From NCBI GenBank assembly GCA_012729695.1, contig JAAYCP010000014.1, forward strand, positions 4,385-68,384: DNA of 64,000 bases. The letters are read 5' to 3'. Each line of letters starts with the position of its first letter. The first letter of the stretch is position 1. The notes below the pieces were generated by a model that searched no databases, was not told where the DNA came from, and saw only the letters and a program-made list of their open reading frames with translations. Of this stretch, positions 57,262 to 64,000 are shown one piece after another. The stretch is from Actinomycetales bacterium (GTDB taxonomy: Bacteria; Actinomycetota; Actinomycetes; Actinomycetales; Dermatophilaceae). Made by a program: the position numbers and the translations under genes.

Positions 57262-58242
57262 ATGGCTGACGTCGTCCTCCTCACGGGGGTCTCCCGCTAC
57301 CTCGGCGGTCGAGTGGCCCGTGCTCTCTCGACCTCCGGCGCGGTCCGGCACGTCATCGGTGTCGATGTCGTCCCCCCCACCCACGACATCGGCGACGCCG
57401 AGTTCGTCCGCGCCGACATCCGCAACCCGGTCATCAGCAAGATCATCGCCTCGGAGTCCGTCGACACCGTCGTGCACATGAACGTGATCGCCACCCCCAC
57501 CTTCGTGGGCGGGCGGGCCTCCCAGAAGGAGATCAACGTCATCGGCACGATGCAGCTGCTCGCTGCGTGCCAGAAGGCCGACACCGTTGAGCGACTCGTC
57601 GTGAAGTCCTCGACGACCGTCTACGGCTCGAGCCCCCGGGATCCCGCGATGTTCACCGAGGACATGGGGCCCAAGCGGCAGCCGCGTGCCGGCTTCGGCA
57701 AGGACTCGATGGAGGTCGAGGGCTACGTCCGGGGCTTCTCGCGGCGGCGCCCGGACACCGCGATCCACCTGCTGCGCTTCGCCAACGCCATCGGCCCGGT
57801 GATCCGCACGTCGATGACCGACTACTTCACCCTCCCCGTCATCCCCACCCCGCTCGGGTACGACGCCCGGCTGCAGTTCCTGCACGAGGACGACCTCGTG
57901 CGGGCCATGGTGCAGTCCACGGTCGGGACGGACGAGGGCATCGTCAACGTGGCCGGTGACGGGGTCATCACGTTGTCGCAGGCGGTCGCCCTGGTCGGAC
58001 GGCCCTCGATCCCGGTCATCCCGCCGGCAGCCGGCATGGTCGGCAACATCTTCAAGCGCTTCGGCCTCGCGGACTACTCGCCGGACCAGGTGAGCCTGCT
58101 CTCCTACGGCCGTGGGGTGGACACCACCCGCATGCGCGAGTTCTTCGGGTTCGAGCCGGAGTACACCACCCGGGAGGCATTCGAGAGCTTCGCCGAGGCC
58201 GTGCGTGAGACCGGTGGTCAGCCCACCACGAGGAGTGCGTGA
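57262..58242 (+). CDS. NAD-dependent epimerase/dehydratase (Rv0501/GalE2-like)
   Basis: VLLTGVSRYLGGRV Rossmann motif, SDR-extended length, and synteny. Confidence 0.85.
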   Translation: MADVVLLTGVSRYLGGRVARALSTSGAVRHVIGVDVVPPTHDIGDAEFVRADIRNPVISKIIASESVDTVVHMNVIATPTFVGGRASQKEINVIGTMQLLAACQKADTVERLVVKSSTTVYGSSPRDPAMFTEDMGPKRQPRAGFGKDSMEVEGYVRGFSRRRPDTAIHLLRFANAIGPVIRTSMTDYFTLPVIPTPLGYDARLQFLHEDDLVRAMVQSTVGTDEGIVNVAGDGVITLSQAVALVGRPSIPVIPPAAGMVGNIFKRFGLADYSPDQVSLLSYGRGVDTTRMREFFGFEPEYTTREAFESFAEAVRETGGQPTTRSA

Positions 58243-59795
58243 TGGCGACGGAGAAGACCCCGGCGAAGAAGACGGCGGCGAAGAAGTCTGCAGCACCGAA
58301 GGCAAGCGCGCGGAAGTCAGCGGCGCGGAAGTCGACGGTGAAGAAGCCGACGGCGAAGAAGTCCGCGACGTCCACGAAGTCAGGGACGTCCAGGAAGGCT
58401 GCGACGACCAAGAAGGCTGCAACGACCAAGAAGGCTGCGACGAAGAAGGCTTCGACGCCCGCCGGCAAGACCGCCGCCAGGAAGCCGGCGGCCAAGACCG
58501 CGAGCGGGACCGGCCGCGACCCCTTCGCCACCGGCGTGCGGCGCGCCGCCGCCGAGCGTCACACGGCCTCCCCGCTGCTCCAGGCGACGGTCGCCGACTC
58601 CCGACCCGCTCGGACCGCCGCTGAAGCCACCGCCAAGACCCGCGTCCCGGTCACGCCGGCTGAGACCCGGCTCAACGTGGAGACCCCGGCTCATGGCGAG
58701 ACCCCTGCCCACGTCGAGCCCCCCGCGAACGACGCCGCCTCCGCGCCGGAACGCCGGCTGCGGGTGGTGCCGGACCCGGTCGAGGGCGCTGACGAGGTCC
58801 GCCCGACGCCGACCGGGGCCCCCGCCCGGACCGCCCCGCGACTCCTCGACCTCATCACGACCCTCGGGATGGGTCGTCGCCCGCAGGACTCGATCGAGAC
58901 CGCGGTCACGCTCCTGGCTCAGCTGCTCCGGATGGGGGCCGAGGCCGCCGGACTGCCCGCCGACGAGGTGGAGGAGCAGGTGGCCCGGACCCTCGCATAC
59001 CTGCGCCGCCGTGCCTCCGGCGAGTTCGCCGTCGACGAGTTCGGCTTCGACCAGGACTTCACCGACAACGTCTATCTGCCGCTGCTGCGGCCGATCTACC
59101 AGAAGTGGTTCCGGGTCGAGGTGCGTGGCGCGGAGAACCTCCCGAAGACCGGCGGAGCCCTCATCGTCGCGAACCACTCCGGGACCCTGCCCATGGACGG
59201 GCTCATGACCCAGGTCGCGGTGCACGACGAGGGGGGCCGCCACCTGCGCATGCTCGGCGCGGATCTCGTCTTCGAGCTGCCGTTCGTCGGCATGACCGCC
59301 CGGCGCGCCGGGACCACACTCGCCGCGGCCGCCGACGCCGAGCGGCTGCTCAGGGAGGGCCACCTCGTCGGCGTCTACCCCGAGGGCTTCAAGGGGATCG
59401 GCAAGCCGTTCTCCGAGCGGTACAAGCTCCAGCGGTTCGGCCGCGGTGGCTTCGTGTCCGCCGCACTGCGCACCGAGGCGCCGATCATCCCGTGCGCCAT
59501 CGTCGGCGCCGAGGAGATCTATCCGCTCATCGGCGACATCTCGATCCTGGCCCGGCTGCTCGGGGCGCCGTACTTCCCGGTGACCCCGTTCTTCCCGCTG
59601 CTCGGCCTCCTCGGTCTCATCCCGCTGCCGAGCAAGTGGATCATCGCCTTCGGTGAGCCGCTCGACACCTCGGCGATCGGTCCGGCCGGTGCGGAGGACC
59701 CGATGCTCGTCTTCGACCTCACCGACCAGGTGCGCGAGACGATCCAGCAGACCCTCTACGCCCTGCTCATGCAGCGCCGGTCAGTTTTCTTCTAG
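58239..59795 (+). CDS. Lysophospholipid (1-acyl-glycerol-3-phosphate-type) acyltransferase with an N-terminal Lys/Ala-rich tail
   Basis: Acyltransferase motifs ANHSGTLPMDG (HX4D) and VGVYPEGFKG. The N-terminal ~85 aa are KKTAAKKSAAPKASARKSAARK...KKAATTKKAATKKAS. ATGA overlap with the upstream gene. Confidence 0.85.
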   Translation: MMATEKTPAKKTAAKKSAAPKASARKSAARKSTVKKPTAKKSATSTKSGTSRKAATTKKAATTKKAATKKASTPAGKTAARKPAAKTASGTGRDPFATGVRRAAAERHTASPLLQATVADSRPARTAAEATAKTRVPVTPAETRLNVETPAHGETPAHVEPPANDAASAPERRLRVVPDPVEGADEVRPTPTGAPARTAPRLLDLITTLGMGRRPQDSIETAVTLLAQLLRMGAEAAGLPADEVEEQVARTLAYLRRRASGEFAVDEFGFDQDFTDNVYLPLLRPIYQKWFRVEVRGAENLPKTGGALIVANHSGTLPMDGLMTQVAVHDEGGRHLRMLGADLVFELPFVGMTARRAGTTLAAAADAERLLREGHLVGVYPEGFKGIGKPFSERYKLQRFGRGGFVSAALRTEAPIIPCAIVGAEEIYPLIGDISILARLLGAPYFPVTPFFPLLGLLGLIPLPSKWIIAFGEPLDTSAIGPAGAEDPMLVFDLTDQVRETIQQTLYALLMQRRSVFF

Positions 59796-59831
59796 CCTCT
59801 CTCTTGGTATCTGCTTCAGAGGGGTGAGGTC

Positions 59832-60101
59832 ATGGATGACGTGCTGACGGCCGCCGCCTCCCGGGGTGCGCGGGTCGTGCTCATCTCGAAGCCCGGCTGT
59901 CATCTCTGCGACGACGCCCGCGCGGTCATCGCGGCCGTGACGGCTGAGCTGGGGGAGCGGTTCGAGGAGGTCGACATGCTCCAGGACGCGGACCTGGTGG
60001 CCCGCTTCGCGGAGATGATCCCCGTCACGTTCGTCGACGGAGCCCAGCACGACTACTGGCGCGTGAGCGCGGATCGGCTGCGGGCGGCCCTCTCAGGGTG
60101 A
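59832..60101 (+). CDS. Glutaredoxin-like protein (Rv0508/DUF836 type)
   Basis: VVLISKPGCHLCDDA CxxC motif. 89 aa. Its position before rex-hemA matches other actinobacteria. Confidence 0.82.
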   Translation: MDDVLTAAASRGARVVLISKPGCHLCDDARAVIAAVTAELGERFEEVDMLQDADLVARFAEMIPVTFVDGAQHDYWRVSADRLRAALSG

Positions 60102-60133
60102 CGCCGAGCCTTCTCACCAGGTGATTGTGACTT

Positions 60134-60149
60134 TGTGCATTCGTTCACA
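60134..60149. promoter_or_regulatory. Rex operator (ROP) TGTGCATTCGTTCACA
   Basis: It has 13 of 16 matches to the TGTGAACNNNTTCACA-type Rex consensus, 44 nt upstream of the rex ORF. Confidence 0.65.
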
Positions 60150-60192
60150 AGGAAGGTACCGTGGGTCGGGACCACGTGCCTGACACGCGGTC

Positions 60193-60912
60193 GTGGTCGG
60201 CCGCGAGTGGAAGGCAGTGTGGGTTGTGGGCAACGCGACGGAGCGGCGGGACATCCCGGATGCGACCGTCTCGCGGCTGCCTGAGTACCTCCGCGCGCTG
60301 ACGACCCTCATCGAGCAGGGAGTCGCGTCGGTCTCCTCCGAGGAGCTCGCCTCGATGGTGGGGGTCAGCTCGGCCAAGCTCCGCAAGGACCTGTCGTATC
60401 TGGGCTCCTACGGTGTCCGTGGGGTGGGGTACGACGTCGATCATCTCAGCTACCAGATCTCGCTCGCACTCGGGCTGACCCGCACCTGGGCCATCGCCAT
60501 CGTCGGGATGGGCAACCTCGGTCGGGCGCTCGCCGCCTACAACGGCTTCGCCAGCCGCGGCGTCGAGGTGATGGCCCTGCTCGACCACCATCCCTCGGTT
60601 ATCGGCACGCAGATCGCCGGCCTGACCGTCGAGCCGTTCGCCGACCTGCCGCGGATCGCTCGCGAGCGGGGTATCGCGATCGCTCTGCTCGCCACCCCGG
60701 CCCGGTCCACCCAGGAGGTCGCCGACGCGGTGGTCGCCGCCGGCATCACCGCCATCCTCAACTTCGCGCCGATCTCGATCGATGTGCCGGGAGGGGTCCA
60801 GGTGCGCAACGTGGACCTGGCCACCGAGGTGCAGATCCTCGCGTTCCACCAGCAGCAGCGGGCACGCGGCTCCGCCGATGCTGCGGGCGCCCTCGCGGAG
60901 GTGCTGCCATGA
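60193..60912 (+). CDS. rex: Redox-sensing transcriptional repressor Rex
   Basis: IPDATVSRLPEYLRALT ... SSEELASMVGVSSAKLRKDLSYLGSYGVRGVGYDV ... IVGMGNLGRAL. The start is uncertain (GTG 60193 or GTG 60226). Confidence 0.92.
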   Translation: MVGREWKAVWVVGNATERRDIPDATVSRLPEYLRALTTLIEQGVASVSSEELASMVGVSSAKLRKDLSYLGSYGVRGVGYDVDHLSYQISLALGLTRTWAIAIVGMGNLGRALAAYNGFASRGVEVMALLDHHPSVIGTQIAGLTVEPFADLPRIARERGIAIALLATPARSTQEVADAVVAAGITAILNFAPISIDVPGGVQVRNVDLATEVQILAFHQQQRARGSADAAGALAEVLP

Positions 60913-62276
60913 GCCTCCTCGTCGTCGGGGTCTCCCACCAGAGCGCACCGGTCTCCGTCCTGGAGTCGGTCTCGCTCGATGCCGACCGGCGCAGGGCCCT
61001 CTCGACGGCCCTGCACGGGTCCGACCACATCGACGAGGTCGTGGTGCTGGCGACCTGCAACCGGATGGAGGTCTACGTCGAGGCGGCGACCTTCCACGGC
61101 GCGCTCTCCGAGCTCACCGCCGCCATCTCTGCCACGAGCGGCGTCTCCCGGGCCACCCTGCGCGAGCACCTCTACGTCCACTACGAGGACCGTGCGGTCG
61201 AGCACGCCTTCACCCTCGCAGCCGGCCTGGACTCGATGGCCATCGGCGAGAGCCAGATCCTCGGCCAGGTTCGTAGCGCGCTCGCGACGGCCCAGACCCA
61301 CGGTCACGTAGGTCCCGCGCTCAACGTCCTGCTCCAGCAGGCTCTCCGGGTGGGGAAGCGGGTCCACACCGACACCGAGATCGACGCCGTGAGCCACTCC
61401 CTCGTGGGGGCCGGCCTTGCTGTCGGCGAAGAGATGTTCGGCACGGTCGAGGACGCCAGCGTCCTCGTCCTCGGAGCCGGGGGGATGGGCGCACTCGCAG
61501 CCACCACCGCGGCGCGCCAGGGCGCCGCAGTCACCGTCGTCAACCGGACGTGGGAGCGCGGCGAGCGTCTCGCGGCCCGGGTGGGCGGTCGTGCACTCCC
61601 CGCCGTCGACACCGACAAGGCGCTCGCGGAGGCGGACATCGTCATCGCCTCGACCGGCGCGGTGGGTCAGGTGGTCACGCTCCGGAGGGCAGCCGACGCC
61701 CAGGTGCTGCGCGGCGGCCGCCCCCAGCTGTATGTGGACCTCGCCCTCCCGCACGACGTCGCCTACGACGTCGCCGAGCTGACCGGGGTCCGCCGACTCG
61801 GGCTCCAGGAGCTCGGGGACGCTCTGGCGAGCGCCGCCACGGCTCCGGCGATCGAGGAGGCCGGCCGCATCGTGGCCTCCGAGGTGAGTGAGTTCCTCGC
61901 AGCGCGCGCCGGTGACGCGGTGGGCCCGACGGTCGCGGCCCTGCGGGAGCAGGCCGCCGGCGTGGTGAGCAGGGAGCTGGACCGGCTCTACCGCCGCACC
62001 CCGGCTCTCACCGAGCTCGAGCGGCTCGAGGTCGACAAGGCGGTCCACCGCATCGTCGAGAAGCTGCTCCACACCCCGACCCGTCGGGTCAAGGAGCTCG
62101 CGGGTGAGGGGGTCGGGGTCTCGTCCTACGCCGCTGCCCTGAGTGACCTGTTCGACCTTCCGGGCTCCACGCGGGTGACCGGCCAGGGGATCACGGCGAT
62201 GGCGGCGGACCTGCCTGACGACCTGCCGTCCGACGGCGCTGACTCCGGTGCAGCCGGGCCGGAGGCCGGCCGATGA
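60909..62276 (+). CDS. hemA: Glutamyl-tRNA reductase
   Basis: LLVVGVSHQSAPV, LATCNRMEVY (catalytic Cys), and VLGAGGMG. ATGA overlap with rex. Confidence 0.94.
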   Translation: MSLLVVGVSHQSAPVSVLESVSLDADRRRALSTALHGSDHIDEVVVLATCNRMEVYVEAATFHGALSELTAAISATSGVSRATLREHLYVHYEDRAVEHAFTLAAGLDSMAIGESQILGQVRSALATAQTHGHVGPALNVLLQQALRVGKRVHTDTEIDAVSHSLVGAGLAVGEEMFGTVEDASVLVLGAGGMGALAATTAARQGAAVTVVNRTWERGERLAARVGGRALPAVDTDKALAEADIVIASTGAVGQVVTLRRAADAQVLRGGRPQLYVDLALPHDVAYDVAELTGVRRLGLQELGDALASAATAPAIEEAGRIVASEVSEFLAARAGDAVGPTVAALREQAAGVVSRELDRLYRRTPALTELERLEVDKAVHRIVEKLLHTPTRRVKELAGEGVGVSSYAAALSDLFDLPGSTRVTGQGITAMAADLPDDLPSDGADSGAAGPEAGR

Positions 62277-63307
62277 CAGCCCTGCGCCTCGGCACCCGAC
62301 GCAGCCGACTCGCCACGACCCAGTCCACCCACGTGGCGGAGGCCCTGCGTGCCCTCGGCCACGAGGTCGAGCTGGTCCCGATCGTCACCGAGGGCGATGT
62401 CTCCCGGGCCTCGCTGTCGTCCATCGGGGGGACCGGGGTCTTCGCTGCCGCCCTGCGTGAGGCGCTGGTGGAGGGACACATCGACCTGGCCGTGCACTCC
62501 TTGAAGGACCTCCCGACGGCGTCCCACCCTGAGCTGACGATCGCAGCGATCCCGCAACGGGAGGACCCGCGGGACGTGGTCATCACCCGCGACGGAGTGA
62601 CGCTCGCAGACCTCGGCGAGGGCGCCACCGTCGGCACCGGGTCACCCCGGCGCGTCGCCCAGCTCGCCGCGCTGGGCTGGGGCATCGACTGCCGGGACAT
62701 CCGGGGCAACGTCGAGACCCGCCTGCGGATGGTCGACGAGGGAGAGCTCGACGCAGTCGTTCTCGCCCACGCCGGTATGCGTCGGCTGGGTCTCGCGGAC
62801 CGGGTGAGCGAGGTCCTCGACCCCCTCCAGATGCTCCCTGCACCGGGCCAGGGAGCCCTCGCCGTCGAGTGCCGCTCGGACCGTGAGGACATCCGGGCCC
62901 TGCTCGCACCGCTCGACGACGCCGAGACCCGGGCGTGCGTCGAGGCCGAGAGGGCTGTGCTGGCCGTGCTCGAGGCCGGCTGCTCCGCTCCGCTGGGTGC
63001 CCTGGGCGAGATCGTCGAGGACGTCACCTCCGACGGCACGATCACGCTCGAGCTCTCGCTGCGCGCCTTCGTCGGCAGCACCGACGGATCCATGGAGCTG
63101 CGCCGCTCCGTCGTCGGCGACCCGAACGATCCGGTGTCCGTTGGCCGCCGACTGGCCGAGCTCCTCCTCGAGGACGGCGCCGCGCAGATCATGCCCGTGG
63201 CCGAGTCAGGCCCATCCCGTCGAGATCCCTCGGCGTCGCCCACACCGGCTTCCCCGACCCGGAGCCAGACGCCGCCCACCAGCACCCGAACCACGCCGTC
63301 CACCTAA
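62273..63307 (+). CDS. hemC: Hydroxymethylbilane synthase (porphobilinogen deaminase)
   Basis: LRLGTRRSRLA, DLAVHSLKDLP, GTGSPRR, and LEAGCSAPLGA (cofactor Cys). ATGA overlap with hemA. Confidence 0.94.
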   Translation: MTALRLGTRRSRLATTQSTHVAEALRALGHEVELVPIVTEGDVSRASLSSIGGTGVFAAALREALVEGHIDLAVHSLKDLPTASHPELTIAAIPQREDPRDVVITRDGVTLADLGEGATVGTGSPRRVAQLAALGWGIDCRDIRGNVETRLRMVDEGELDAVVLAHAGMRRLGLADRVSEVLDPLQMLPAPGQGALAVECRSDREDIRALLAPLDDAETRACVEAERAVLAVLEAGCSAPLGALGEIVEDVTSDGTITLELSLRAFVGSTDGSMELRRSVVGDPNDPVSVGRRLAELLLEDGAAQIMPVAESGPSRRDPSASPTPASPTRSQTPPTSTRTTPST

Positions 63308-63327
63308 CAGTCACTGGAGAACACACC

Positions 63328-64000
63328 GTGAGCCGCCGCTCCGCATCCTCGACCGCCCGCCCCTCCCGGGTGGCCTTCGTCGGTGCCGGCCCCGGAGACC
63401 CGGGCCTGCTGACCGTCGCTGCGACCAGCCTGCTCGCCCAGGCCGACACCGTCATCATCGACCATGTGGCCCGGGAGGCCATCGTGCAACGGTTCGCCCG
63501 ACCGGACGTCACCGTCGTGGACGCCGGCACGGCCAGCCTGAGCCACGGTGACCACGGCCGCGAGCTCACCCACGCGGCGAAGGCCAAGCTCGTCGTCCAG
63601 GCCGCCAAGGCGACCAGGGGCGGACTCGTCGTCCGCCTGCTCGACGGCGACCCTGCGCTCTTCGCCGGTCTGGCCGAGGAGGCCCTCGCCTGTCACAAGG
63701 CCGGTGTCCCGTTCGACATCGTCCCGGGCGTGAGTGCGGTCGGTGCCGTCCCCGCATACGCAGGGATCCCGCTCACGACGAGCCGGTCGACGGCTGTCCA
63801 CGTCTGCCACGGCCCTGAGGGCATCGTGGAGAGCGTCGCCCAGGACGAGGCGGCCACCGTCGTCCTGCTCGGCACGCCCGAGGTGCTGGGCGCGGCCCTC
63901 GAGCGGCTCCTCGAGACCGGGCGCGATGCCTCAGTGGCTGTGGCGATCACGGAGAACGGCACGAACGTGCGCCAGCGCACCGTCGTGACCACCCTGGGCG
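63328..64000 (+). CDS. Uroporphyrinogen-III C-methyltransferase domain (probable CobA/HemD fusion), 3' end outside window
   Basis: Translated by hand from the GTG at 63328 (GGAGA upstream): VAFVGAGPGDPGLLTV ... VVRLLDGDPALFA ... VPGVSAVGAVPAYAGIPLT. The frame stays open to the window end and is not in the ORF track. Confidence 0.88.
   Translation, partial: MSRRSASSTARPSRVAFVGAGPGDPGLLTVAATSLLAQADTVIIDHVAREAIVQRFARPDVTVVDAGTASLSHGDHGRELTHAAKAKLVVQAAKATRGGLVVRLLDGDPALFAGLAEEALACHKAGVPFDIVPGVSAVGAVPAYAGIPLTTSRSTAVHVCHGPEGIVESVAQDEAATVVLLGTPEVLGAALERLLETGRDASVAVAITENGTNVRQRTVVTTLG

Overview
High-GC (hand counts about 70-78%) Actinomycetota chromosome, probably Micrococcales-like, tightly packed with mostly core genes. 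The order joins two neighbourhoods I recognise from mycobacteria. The first is ppa-dacB-tilS-hpt-ftsH-folEPBK ... panC ... lysS-lsr2 ... clpC ... mutY/disA/radA. The second is Rv0495c-like/ppx ... proC-HTH-bS22-galE-like-acyltransferase ... rex-hemA-hemC-cobA.

Lineage-specific insertions:
- a tRNA-Thr-adjacent cst-like persulfide operon
- a guanidine-III riboswitch plus sugE/gdx, and arcA
- an XRE/MidA(NDUFAF7)-like/orphan NuoD operon
- nadB-nadC after panC
- between lsr2 and clpC: a FhuF-like gene, a split LigD plus Ku NHEJ locus, nei, and an orphan SBP coupled to an SBP+vWA membrane protein

I called about 62 CDS, including a 32-aa bS22 gene absent from the ORF track. I also called one tRNA, one riboswitch, several operators and promoters, and three strong terminators.

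I see no CRISPR array, IS element, prophage or recognisable defence locus, and cannot honestly claim a proven new system. The best novelty candidates are:
1. the XRE-MidA-NuoD unit
2. short 15-19 bp tandem duplications recurring at stop codons
3. a nested AT-rich inverted repeat upstream of a PafBC-type radA promoter
4. two small or Cys-rich unknown proteins

All functional calls rest on motif recognition and recalled synteny, not on database searches.
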